DNA of 64,000 nt from Octopus sinensis (taxonomy: Eukaryota). The DNA lies in the NCBI RefSeq assembly GCF_006345805.1, contig NC_042999.1, forward strand, positions 130,944,001 through 131,008,000, in the 5' to 3' direction. Below the pieces are notes generated by a model, which made no database searches, was not told where the DNA came from, and saw only the letters and a program-made list of their open reading frames with translations. Position numbers and translations under genes: made by a program. This document shows, piece after piece, positions 1 to 12,427 of this stretch (positions within the stretch are counted from its first letter, which is position 1; each line of letters begins with the position of its first letter).

Positions 1-477
1 AGAAGATACAAAAGTTGTAAAAGATCAGAGGTACTAACATGGACAAACAGGCTAAATTTTTGTCATGTAAACAAATATAGACAAATCTTGACAGTATGTA
101 ATCACTACAATTTAATGAATCTAAGTTTGATGCCAATAATATACAAAAAATAATTTAGTTGTGACTCCATTTAGCCAATGATGGTTCCAAGTTCATATAC
201 TAAAATAATACATTATAAATAACTAAGAGTTGGAGCAAAACATCTTAAGGAATTTACTGATTACATTTGCAAAAAGTAGTTCATAAATAGAATTCAAACA
301 ATACCAGATTAGTCATTTTCAGATCAGTTTTTTTTCTCATTGCTAACAAAAGGCAAAAACACAGCTTTAAATCCATCATATTTCTGGTACTTATTTTGAG
401 TTGGGAGAAATATAAGGCAAACTCAACTTCTGTTAAAATCTGAGTTAAGAATGTAAACATGAAATTAAACACTAAAG

Positions 478-1296
478 CAAGTGATCCCTAACCTGGAGTG
501 CCCATAATCTAGGGGTGGGAAAGAGGGAAACATATGCTATTAAAATAATTACATTTCAGAATAAAATTATTGACTAACTCTTAAAAATAACTTTAGTTTA
601 TGAAGTACATAAAAAACTTATTCTACAAACGTAGATTTAGCCCTTTTAGGGATTATAACCAAGAACTGACTTCTGTTCCATTTGCAACAGTATATTTACA
701 TGATTCTGAATTTAGTTCTCTTTTGTCAATCATAACCAAATCTAGGAATGACTTGAATCCACAGGCAGACCTGAGGATTGCAATCAGCAAGAAAGTTCCA
801 TGTTTTGATAAATTCATGAATAAGAAACAGGAATAAAGAAATCATTAATATCATGTTCACAACTATAATTGAAATTACAGTTTACTGTTCTAATTGCTTA
901 ATTTACAAAATCAAAAGCTCGTGTTTTGAGTTTAATTTGATCACTCACAAGACTACATGGTGTTCAGTTAAAAAAGAAATAATAGTTACTACAACATTGA
1001 CTTTCAACTTCCAATATGTTACTTTTGTAGGCAATACGAAAATTAACCCTTTTACTGTGGAAAGCAGATATATCCACTCAAAATTTCATTAACATTAACT
1101 GTGGAAGGCAATTTTACAAACCAATCTACTGAGGAATGTCATGTTTGCTAAGGTAACTTGACTTGCAGAAAATACCAATTCTATTTTTGGTGGGTATTTA
1201 ACATCATAACTGGAATAACCATGAAATTTTATTTCACAGTGAAAGGGTTAAACATTTTCTCAGGTTATGGGGTAATAGAAAGGTTGAGAACCACTG
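478..1296 (+). mobile_element. Internally deleted hAT (Charlie/Buster-like) DNA transposon remnant
   Basis: ORF 600-836 reads PFATVYLHDSEFSSLLSIITKSRNDLNPQADLRIAISK, resembling the hAT C-terminal dimerisation motif. Right TIR GGTTGAGAACCACTG at 1282-1296; degenerate left TIR near 478. Confidence 0.65.
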
Positions 1297-3935
1297 CCAT
1301 GAAGTATTTAGTACTCTAGTATTTTATCTTATATTCACATAAAACACTTGCAAAATCAATAAAAGAAACGTTAGAAAAAAAATAATTACAGAACATGAAA
1401 ATAGAACAGTGAAATACAGTAAACATAGCAACTTAATGAAAACATTCTCCGGGTATTAATTTGTCGAAAATACAAATTTTTTTCAAACAAAACTTTATTC
1501 TTTGAAGTTTGCAACACTTAGGTATCTTATAGCATTATAGGTTAATACATTTAATATTTACCAACATAGATTTTGAGATAACAGCTTAAAAAAAAAAGTT
1601 TGGAGAACAATTAGCTGAAGAGAGACCTAACATCTACATAATCTTGCTCAGGTATTTATTTTTCAATAACGAAAATAATAAATTTATCAAGAACGTTTAC
1701 CATCAATGCAACTTAAATGTAACTTACACAATTTTGATTACAGTTTCATGGTTATTACAGAAACAATAAGACTTGGGACAGTAACATTGTAGAGAACAGA
1801 GGGCCAATGAAAGCCAATGGTTTCGAGTTCAATCCTGGCTCAAGTATATAAGATTATGTATGGCAGGTGACGACATGAAGTGAATATACTGAGCAAAATA
1901 CAGTGTGAATAAAATTACACAGAATGAAGACTAGTCAATCTTGAGTATTCAGCACACAGAAATACAGCTAATATTCAGGCACTCATAAGATGTGTTTCAG
2001 AGTAAAGGTAAAATTAAGAAGTGATTGGTCCAGTTCCTACTTAATCACAGAAATTTAAGTTCTCTCTAGATCAATTTTGAGTAATATGACCCTCAAAGAA
2101 AGGCTAAATGGGAATTTACTTTTTAAAACGGCATGTTTAGTAAGTATCCTGCAAGTGTTATAATCAAGTAAATTACGTTTGAGAAAGCTAATAATTTTCT
2201 TATCAATACATAAGTCAATTGATAAATATACATTTCATAAAAAAATTTAAACAGCAGAAAAAACTAAATATTTTACTATATTCTTAGTTATCATAAAACC
2301 CGTTTTCTTCACAGAAAACAAAACATTTTCCGAATGTCATATGGACAAACTTTCATATTAACGGTAATCCGTCGTATTATAATAGCCTTAATACAAACAG
2401 AAATGACAATACAGATACGAATGTCATTTAATTTTCCTTAAAAAAAAAAATGCTTCCAATATGCATAACTAAACATGTTTATTATGTGTAAAGTATATAA
2501 TTCCTTAAAAATATACAATTAATTTACAAGGAAAGCATTATCTGACCCAATATACTAATGTACTGATTCCATTCGATTTTTCTTGCGTAGATGACGAAAC
2601 AAATGTTGCCTGTAACTTTCAAAAAGAGCATCTGGGTATCATGCATAATCCTAAACTTTTGTCTATTTGCTCGAGCTCCTTTTACTGTGTTTATGCGACA
2701 GAATAAAAAAAAAACAAACAAACACGAACGATGTGTTGCGCAAGTTATGCTTCACGATTTTTGTTTAATTTCATTAACATATATAACAAACAGGTAGTCG
2801 ATTTAGTAATTCATGTTTAATTAACGTAAACCTTGTTAATGACTTTTCATGAGGAAAATGCAACAGTTATGGGCTATCATGGTACATTGTTTCGTTGTTA
2901 TACAAGAACAATCTAGAGGAGTTAATTTTTATATTGGATCGTACAATCCTATCTTTGTTAAATATATATTTTACACTTAAAATTATCGCTTAATATATAT
3001 AAATATATTACAAAAATTGCTTGGTACCTCAGTAAATTTAACGACATTTGTGTTTCGTATGAATTGTTACTCGTTTGAGTTTACGGCCGTTAATACGAAT
3101 TCGTCTATAAGAGACATTAGGAAAATATTCCCGAGCTATTTCAGCTTGGCATTACATAATATTCTCTAATTATAACCTAAACGGAACTAGCACTAACGAA
3201 GATATTTTTTAATGATTGTGTGAGTAACAATTACTAAACTAGTAGACAACTATACTGGTTGTATAGTTGCAGTATGGGATTTTCATGTCAACATGAAGTT
3301 GAATGTGAGAGAGCAAAAACAAACTAGCCACACCCAACAACACAAGTTAAACATAAACACCATATTTTATACGATATCAAAATTGGAATAAAATATTAGG
3401 AAACATAACATTAAACTAGAAAGATTAGTTTCAATAATAACTATCAATTAAATTTGTGTCCATCACAGATTTAGTGTTTTGTGTGTGTGTGTGTGAGAGT
3501 AGGCTTGTGTACATAAAACATAAACACCAAAATATGGAACAGAATTATAAAACGATCAAAATAAAGAGAAAGAAAAATTTAATCAAGATTTTTGTCACCT
3601 ACAATTAACATTTCACTTCAAGCTGAAGATTGTTCAGGGCATCACAAAAAATATCTATGAAATGATGCAAGTAGAGGAACATAAATAAAACATTACACAG
3701 AAAAATCAGGTTATACATTAAATGGAGGCAGTTAACATTTTTTTCCCCTATATTTAAACTTTTTTTTTGTTTTGAAAAATATTAAGCTGAGATAAGAAAA
3801 TAAAGAGGAGAGAGGAGAAAGAAAAAATGATAATGAATGAAGTACGAAAACTTCAAGATATCTCTCCAAAAGCTGTTTCAAAATCAAAGCAACTTTCATA
3901 ACTAACTTCTAATTTATATTATTCCACAGACTGAC

Positions 3936-3937
<2 letters not shown>

Positions 3938-3998
<61 letters not shown>
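3938..3998. repeat. (TA)n microsatellite, probably within the CK1 alpha 3' UTR
   Basis: Direct reading; UTR placement is inference. Confidence 0.9.
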
Positions 3999-4002
<4 letters not shown>

Positions 4003-4820
4003 GTGTATGTGTGTTTGGTAAATATTTAAATCCGAAGGGTAAGTCCACTGCAGTCCATCATCCTCATAGTAAACTCCACATATTTTCCAAATTTAATAAA
4101 CCAGTTTCATCCCCCACCAGCCGATTACTCGACATTAACATAAGCATCAAACAAACAAGTGAAAACCATTTTGAGATTTCAGTTTCGGTTTTCTACATGA
4201 AGAATGCAATAATTTCTCTTATTCTCCAAGGCAATATTTTATTTCCATTTTATACCTGTGGAAGAGGTTGCTTAATTAAAAATTCCAACAACCACTCACT
4301 CGTATATCAGAAGTTCAGACAGTTTTGGTTTGATGCCGATACTGCATAAACAAAATCTAGCCAGGTTTCTCACCAAATTTTATTACAGTCATCGTTTTAT
4401 AACAATTGTGAATCATCACGTTAATTCCTTTGGACATCAAAGCACTCGGACTGTCTGTTTAAAAATATTTACCAGAGGATGAGTGGGTGGGAGAGAAAGT
4501 AAGAATGTATGCGTACATGTAAAAAGAAACAGACGGATAAGATGGTATTTATATTTAACCAATTCTGTTAGGACTTCAAACAGGATTTTCTTTTCTTTTT
4601 ATATCCAAAATACATTCCTCCCAATTTGTAGTTTTTCTTTTTCATATATACAAGGACTGTTTAACCAGTCTTTGGTTAAACTTTCACAATGGGTAAGCAA
4701 ATTTTTACTCCAATGACTTTAGTATGACACACGAGACTGGTATTAAAAAAAAAATTGGTGCTTTTTTTTCATATCAAGACATTGTTCGAAGCTTTCTTCA
4801 AAAAGTTATTGCAAGCTATT

Positions 4821-5792
4821 CTAACGAACATTCGAAATTGAAGTTTGTGGTGGTTGTACGTTGCTTGTAGCTTTTTGTTTCAACATTGTCCAGTCAAATG
4901 TATAATCGTACTGATAATTGAGAGTACGAAATAGTATGCGGAAAAGCTGCCTGAGGTACATATAATCGGGAGCTTCGGTAAAACGCAATCCACGGCAATA
5001 ATTCAAATACATAGCGAATTCTGCTGGAAAACCTTTACACAGGGCTTCTACAGGAGTAGACATTTTCCTCTCGCTTATCTTCTCATACTTCTGTTTTTTG
5101 GTCGCTGCTTTCAGACCTTGCCAAGGAAGGCTACCACGATTGAAATACATCAACACATAGCCAAGGGATTCCATATCGTCCCTACGACTCTGTTCGATTC
5201 CCAAGTGAGCATTAATGCTAGCATAACGAGCAGTTCCGGTCAAATTTTTATCTTCACGATATTCAATATGTACGCGTGTCTTACCGTCGCGATATTTTTT
5301 AGCCAAACCAAAATCTATCATAAATACCTTATTACAGTGACGTCCGATTCCCATCAAGAAATTGTCAGGCTTAATATCTCGGTGAATAAAATTTTTGTTA
5401 TGAACATATTCGACACGCCCTATCATCTGGTCCGCAATCATTAAAACAGTTTTCATGGTAAATCGCCTTGAACAGAAGTTGAACAAATCTTCAAGGCTCG
5501 GCCCTAATAAATCCATAACAAGGATATAATAATCTCTATCCTGGCTACACCAACGAGCATGAGGAATGCCGACACCTCCTTGCAAGATTTTATAGAGTTT
5601 ACTTTCGTATAGAAGTTGAGGGTGGCGAGCATCGACTGGCTCCAATTTAACAGCGACTTCCTCGCCATTTGTTATGTTGATTCCTAAGTAAATATCACCG
5701 AACGACCCACTACCAATTTTCCGCAATAATCGATACTTCCCGCCGACGAAAAAGTCATTCCGACCAGATGATCTTTCACTGCTTACATCCAT
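4821..5792 (-). CDS. CSNK1A1: Casein kinase I isoform alpha, 323 aa, single-exon CDS
   Basis: Uninterrupted ORF with [35 protein letters not shown] and the alpha-type [13 protein letters not shown] tail. Confidence 0.97.
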   Translation of the reverse strand: MDVSSERSSGRNDFFVGGKYRLLRKIGSGSFGDIYLGINITNGEEVAVKLEPVDARHPQLLYESKLYKILQGGVGIPHARWCSQDRDYYILVMDLLGPSLEDLFNFCSRRFTMKTVLMIADQMIGRVEYVHNKNFIHRDIKPDNFLMGIGRHCNKVFMIDFGLAKKYRDGKTRVHIEYREDKNLTGTARYASINAHLGIEQSRRDDMESLGYVLMYFNRGSLPWQGLKAATKKQKYEKISERKMSTPVEALCKGFPAEFAMYLNYCRGLRFTEAPDYMYLRQLFRILFRTLNYQYDYTFDWTMLKQKATSNVQPPQTSISNVR

Positions 5793-5867
5793 ATTAAGTT
5801 CTTAGTTTGCACACAAATTATTAGTATAGTGAAATGGTATTAAAGATAAACTACGCCAGCCCAGACT

Positions 5868-5972
5868 GGCTGCCATTTTGGATACTATAAAAAATCTAAG
5901 CCCACAATGCCACGCAAAAGTAATATCCCATAATATTAGTACATAGACCACTGCGCATGCGAACAGGAAGTT
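5868..5972 (-). promoter_or_regulatory. Housekeeping-type promoter of CK1 alpha
   Basis: CAAAATGGCAGCC (YY1-like, minus, 5868-5880), TGCGCATGCG (NRF1-like, 5952-5961) and CAGGAAGT (ETS-like, 5964-5971), all within 180 bp of the ATG. Confidence 0.6.
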
Positions 5973-6041
5973 ATTACTTTATCCGACCAAGCTTAACTTT
6001 ATAGGTTTTCTATTTCTAGGAAGATAATTTTATATTTATAC

Positions 6042-6136
6042 ATATTTTTGAGCGAATCAAAAACAAAGGTTTATAATATTTTTGAGCGAATCAAAAATAA
6101 AGGTTTATAATATTTTTGAGCAAATCAAAAATAAAT
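6042..6136. repeat. 34 bp tandem repeat, about 2.7 copies
   Basis: ATATTTTTGAGCGAATCAAAAA(C/T)AAAGGTTTATA units start at about 6042, 6076 and 6110. Confidence 0.9.
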
Positions 6137-6728
6137 TTAAGAAAAATAGGATGGAAAACATATACAATAAAAAAAAAAAATTCTTTACTGGGTGTCATGT
6201 GAAAGTTCTTACTTGCTAATAAATTGTCCTACTTGTTATTTTTATACAAAGCAATTTACATGACCTCATCTCCAAAGGGAAAACCTGTAATCTTGAAGTT
6301 TTTAAAAAAAATTTCTTGTTAATGGTTTCAGTACTGAACTCAACTAATTACGTATTTAATTATATTTCTTTTATCTTTAACCAGTGAAGGAAGGAGCAGT
6401 GTCGATGTACTTTGTAGGTTCTCCCAAAAAAGCAATCCAATATTTCAAGATATGTTGATTTTAAACTCCCTCTAGATTTAGTTAATTTTTTATCCCTTGG
6501 GTCAATAAATATGAAAAAGAAAAAACACTTGTTCGTCATTCTCCCTCCTAAAAGAATGATTTTCTGACTTGTTAAAAAAAAATAAGTACAAGCTAAGAAC
6601 GAAAAGTAAACGACGAAGAAAATATAATTTGGTTAATATAAAGTTTTATTTCTTTTATGCGAACACTACTTTCAGAAAATTGAATACTGAGTGAATTTCA
6701 AGAGGTATTAAAATTTAAACTTGATTAT

Positions 6729-7226
6729 CGTGGATGTGTGGTAAGAAGTTTGCTTCCCAACAACATCGTTCCGAGTTCAGTTTCACTGCATAGCACATTT
6801 GGCAACAGTCGACTGAAACCTTCAAGGCAGTGCCCCAAGATAGTCGCAGTCCAATGACTGAAACAAGTAAAAGATGAAAAAAATAAAACAAATAACAACA
6901 GTTTTTTTCTTTTTTATTCAATATGTTTGTTCTAGTAAGGCGGTGAGCTGGCAGAAACGTTAGCGCGTTGGGCGAAATGCTTAGCGGTAATTCGTCTGTC
7001 TTTATGTTCTGAGTTCAAATTCCCCCGAGGTCGACTTTGCCTTTCATCCTTTCGAGGTCGATAAATTAAGTAACAGTTTCGTACTGGAGTCCGATCTAAT
7101 CGACTGGCCCTTTCCCCAAAATTTCGGGTCTTGTACCAAAAGTAGAAACCAATATGTTTATTGTACTTTCTGGTGCTCCAGCATGGCCGCAGTCAAATGA
7201 CTGAAACAAATAAAAGAATAAAAGAA
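6729..7226 (+). mobile_element. Cluster of tRNA-derived SINEs (two families)
   Basis: GGCGGTGAGCTGGCAGAAACGTTAGC...GTCGACTTTGCCTTTCATCC and GTGTGGTAAGAAG...CAGTCAAATGACTGAAAC motifs recur many times in the window. Confidence 0.8.
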
Positions 7227-7897
7227 AAGTGTTGTCACAAACAACTGTAAAAAGGAGGAAACAAAGAAGATAAGTGGAAGAGAGATCCGTGATGACCTGC
7301 TGTAATAGTCACATGACTCTGTTTTAACTGTATGTAATCACGTGACGTAATATGCTAGGATTCAGTTGATTCTCACTGTCCGTTTGTTTACACTTCCTCA
7401 TATAGAAGACTTGAACTAACACAACTAGTGCATATCTATTTAAAAACTCACTTCAGTCATTTACCTTTTCATAAACAATCTTTTTTCATCAATTGACTTC
7501 CACATTTACGTTCACTTTGACACATTTATTGTACATAAAGCTATCTGAAATTCATTTTATTAAAGCTATTACGAAGGTAGTAATAAGTGATATGAGTCAT
7601 CCTAACTTTAAAAAAAAAAACCAATTATGTTCTGGTATTTTTGTCTCGACGTGTGATGATGTCTGCTGTCTGTCTGTATGTACGTATGTATGTATGTATA
7701 AAACGTGATATATATATAAATAGATATATGTACTTTTTTGTTGGTCAATTAAATATCTAACCAACTAATCGATCGTTTGTTTAATGTGCTGATTAAACCA
7801 TTAGTTGTTTGTTAATCAAAGTTCTTTCATCTCTGTTTGCAGCCTTTCCAATCACTCATCTCTCTAAGGTCTATCTGTATGTATATCATCATATTCA

Positions 7898-8125
7898 TCA
7901 TCGTTTAACGTCCGCTTTCCACGCTGGCATGGGTTGGACGGTTTGACTGAGGACTGGCAAGCCAGAAGCCTGCACCAGGCTCCAATTTTGATCTGGCATG
8001 GTTTCTACAGCTGGATGCCCCTTCCTAACGCCAACCACTCCAAGAGTGTAGTGGGTGCTTCTTAAGTGCCACCGGCACGAGGGCCAGTCAGGTGGTACTA
8101 GCATTGACTGTGCTAGTACCACCAT
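7898..8125 (-). mobile_element. 3' tail fragment of RTE-type LINE
   Basis: CATCATCGTTTAACGTCCGCTTTCC...GGTTGGACGG tail shared with 12428, 49009, 57178 and 61833. Confidence 0.75.
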
Positions 8126-8160
8126 TTGAAAACTATGGAAAAATTTTTTAAAAACATTTA

Positions 8161-8198
<38 letters not shown>

Positions 8199-8231
8199 CA
8201 TAGTATAGATAATATATAAATATATGCATAT

Positions 8232-8670
8232 ATACATACATATATCTACATAAACACAGCAACACAGGTTGTCCAGTGGCAGAAGGGGACAAACACAAAG
8301 ACACCCATGCATAAATACACACACACACATTTCAGTTTCCGCCTATCAAATCCATTCACAAGGCTTTGGTTGGCCTGAGGCAAGAGTAAAAGACATTTTC
8401 CCAAGGTGCCACACAATGGGACTGAACCTAGAACCATGTGGTTGGGAAGTAAACTTCTTACCACACAGTCACGCCTGCCCATATAAGTAATAAAGCAAGT
8501 ATATCTTTTAGGCATGGCTGTGTAGTTTAAAATTCACTTCCTACCTATGTAGCTTTGGGTTCAGTTGCATTGCATGCCACCTTGAGGAAGTGCTTTCTAC
8601 TATAAGCCCCAAGCCAATCAAAGCCTTGTGAGTAGATTTGGTTGCTGGAATCTGAAAGAAGCCTGTTGTG
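8232..8670. mobile_element. Two SINE copies in head-to-head orientation
   Basis: 8232-8480 (minus) and 8511-8670 (plus) match the same family (GGCACCTTGGGCAAGTGTCTTCTACTATAGCC core), with CpG decay. Confidence 0.75.
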
Positions 8671-9108
8671 TACATGTATGTACGTGTGTGTGTGTGTATT
8701 ATATGCACATACATGTATTTATACATACATACACCCACACCTCACTACCCACATACAGAAAAGTGTGATCCTGCATAAGGTCATTTAATATGCATCAAAC
8801 AGAAGTCAAATCTCTCTGAAATTATAACCGAACATGTTGAAAATGGAAGAATACATTGGATAATATCCCTAATATACAAGTGAATGAATTGGCCTTGACA
8901 GTGGGTCTGCTCAGTCAGAGCTAACCTGCGATAAACAACAACAAAACCAATCACGTATATGGAGTTTGTTTCTAACATTATATATTTACTTACAATATAT
9001 CAGTGAAAAAGAGCACATGCTAAAGTAAACAGCAAGAAAATAGTGAAAATGTGAAGATGGACTTTTACTGAGGCTAGTCTAATCACATGCATATGCCATT
9101 CAGTTATA

Positions 9109-9405
9109 CAGGGTATCCACAAAGTCTGGACACATGGGAATTAACACATACTTTAAGAAATTATTATTTCTTATATTTAATTCTTTATGTTATGATTTTA
9201 TTTACTCCATATACCAACATGGGAATTAACACATACTTTAAGAAATTATTATTTCTTATATTTAATTCTTTATATTATGATTTTATTTACTCCATATACC
9301 AACATGGGAATTAACACATACTTTAAGAAATTATTATTTCTTATATTTAATTGTTTATGTTGTGATTTTATTTACTCCATGTACCCAGACTTTGTGGACA
9401 CCCTG
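9109..9405. mobile_element. Tc1/mariner-type MITE with three internal ~84 bp tandem repeats
   Basis: TIRs CAGGGTATCCACAAAGTCTGG / CCAGACTTTGTGGACACCCTG, flanked by TA on both sides. Confidence 0.85.
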
Positions 9406-9599
9406 TATTTTACACTAGGGAAAACCAGTATTCATCTCTAAAATTTTTTGACCCACCCCAAAACACTCATGGTGTTACCGAGGGTCATTATGCTGCTGAA
9501 ATTGCTGAGCACCTGCTCAAGCATCATCTGATACATTAGTGAGGGAGGACACCAACAAAGTAAAAAGCCTTTTTTGTCAAGGCCCTTCATTCCCAAAAC

Positions 9600-10000
9600 T
9601 CTCAGAAACCACAGGTTGAAAATCTGAATTGGATGCAGTCATTCCCACCTCCACAGCAGCATTAAAGATGCGTTAGGGAACAAATGAATTGCAAATAGGA
9701 GCCTCCTATAAAAGCCATCTGCCTTTAGCTTAAGAGCAAAATGTGAATTCATTATCCATGTACAATCCCATAGGGTTTAGAATTGAAATCTTTATTTTAG
9801 CTAAAGCTTGTTTAATCATATGGTGACCTATGCAATTTGCATTCAAATAACATAATCCATGAAGACCTGCAGAATCGAGGGGCTTATCACAATGACATCT
9901 CATTCCGCCTCATACATCAACTCTAATTCTGAGGTTAATGGACATGTGGAACTCATTTGGGCTTAGTCAACCACTAGTGAAAGTTTTACAACAGCACTAA
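9600..10000 (-). mobile_element. Possible highly decayed Gypsy-like RT remnant
   Basis: Minus-strand GFYRR motif and a YxDD-like relic only; many stops. Confidence 0.25.
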
Positions 10001-12427
10001 AAATACATTGCTGATGTTTTGGCACTTTGACCTACAGCATGGTGAGCATGAAGTAATAGTGTTTAAGCAAAAAGATATTAATGATTCATTTGTAAACATC
10101 ACATGCAAAAAAGATTCTTAATCATATCTATGTGGTATTACACATTTCCCAATGATTGATTTCAACAAATGTTAACAATTATTAATAGATATTAGGCCTG
10201 TGTATCATTTCTTAAAACTTTCGCTGTTCAGCCATGGAAACACTTTAAGCTTTTCTCCTTTGTTATAAACAGTTGTATAGAATATAGACGAATTTTAATA
10301 GGACCACCTCCAAATATTGTACAGTACATACACGTGTGTGTGTGCGCGCATGTGTACATACATGTTAACCCAGATACGTTTTTTTTCTCTCCTGTTTTTT
10401 CCCTTCTCCCCGTCTGTTTTATCTCCTCATTCCTTTTCAGTAGAAGAGCATAGGCACAAAACATCAAAATCTTTTCCATTTTTCTTGAGCATCAAACTAA
10501 TACATCTTGCCTGTTCTCCCACACCTGTTTCTGTCTTGATTTTTGTACAATTTTGAACAATATATATATATATAAGGTTTTTAACTTTGTTAGTTTCCTT
10601 CCTTACTCATGTATCAGATGATGCTTGAGAAGGTGCTCTGCTACTACAGTATCTGAGCTTCATAATGACTTGCAGTAAATAATTAATGGGTGATAAACTT
10701 GAGCCTTTTAGAAATAAGGCTGATAACTGTTTATAGCTGAAGTGTTTTCTGGCCTTGAAGAAAGAATCTTGGTTATATTTATAGATAAATAGTTGTTATT
10801 AAATGATACCAGAGATTCTGAGTCTCATTATAAGGTTTTTAGTTGTGTATTGACTGTGAGTAGAGAGCATTGAGTTGCAGGATAAAAAGATAAAATATTT
10901 TAAATATGAGGTAACAACGTAATCAAGGCTGTTACTGTTATATGAAAAAAAACACTATGAAGAAGTGGGGCAGCACTCATTATTTACCATTGAGAAAAAT
11001 ATAAACAAGAGAGACTTACTTACAGAATTTGAAGCTCTAGATACAAATGATTGAACAATGGTTTAAGATGTAAGTGAGACAATTATGGAGGTCAAGAAAG
11101 AAGAGATTAAGGTTTTAAATTATTTATGTATAAATTATTATAATTTCAGTCATTTAATGTATAACATTAAATATCAAATATAGTTAAAATTTTGGCACAT
11201 CTCAAACTAAATAAACATTTTGTTGAATCTGACAAGAGGATGACTATGATAATGAGTTTAGAACATAAGTTGTTCCTCATTCATTTTATTTTTTAAATAC
11301 TTTTATTGATTAAAGAAAAAAAGAATATGATTAAAAAAACTTAAATTAATATCAAATCAATCAACCACACATCAATTAAGCAAATCAACAACTCTGAGGC
11401 TGTTTATTACATTCTTCAAACATTTCTTACACTGGCACAAGGCTACGAATTTCTAGAAGAGAAATTTAATTAGTTTGCTTGTATGTGAGTGGCACTTATA
11501 TATTTATTGCATTGCTTAGTCAGGGAGGAAAGAGAAGCAACTATTACCTTTTCAGGATCTCTGAAACTGATGAATGGAAGTTATCTTCAGACCAGAGATC
11601 TGAACCAAATTATCTAACAGAGGGTATTTCATTAAAGACACCCAAGGAACAGGTAATAGTGTTAAACTAGTGGGGGCTTTTTTAGTATCTAATAATTTAC
11701 ATATAAATTATTATAATTTCTGTCATAACATTAAATATCAAACATACTAAAAAAGAGATATAGGAATATTTTAAGAGTTAAAAATCTAGCTTATATTTTG
11801 AAGGATTTCAGACATGGTTCATATTGATTAATCTCCCAAGTAAGTTGAAATTAATTTCTTTTAAGTCTGTTGAAGTCACTTTAGTTAAATTGTTAGTTTT
11901 TATAAAATAATTCTAGATTAAAAACCAATCCCTTTTCATTGAAGTAGTGCAATCTACTTGAAAAAATATCTGAAATTTCTACTTAATAAAAAATTAACAC
12001 CGTAAAATGTTGTAAAAATATTAAAGTGTATAAATATTTTATCAGAATAATCAATTTAAAAGCAATCTCATTAAGAATTTATGAACAACTAAAGTCTGGA
12101 ATGAAAAGCATTTTTTAATGCTCTTAGATATTTAAAACCCTTTATTAGACCAGTGGTAAATCAGGATAAATTAGAGTATCTGTTATCTTTTACTCGTTTC
12201 AGTCAGTGGACTGTGGTCATGCTGGAGCACCAGCTTCAAGAATTTTAGTTAAACAAATTGCCCCCAGTATTTATTTTTGTTTTTATAAGTCTGGTACTTA
12301 TTCTATTAGTTTCTTTTGTCAAACAGCTAAATTACAGGGACATTCACAAACCGACACCAACTGTCAAGCATGGGTGGGGGTTGGGCAAACACACACACAA
12401 ACACATATAAATATGCATATATATATA

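Noticed and set aside
9480-10700. ~100 bp inverted similarity between 9480-9580 and 10575-10680
   Set aside because: Only roughly 80% identical by eye; best explained as two old copies of a dispersed repeat.
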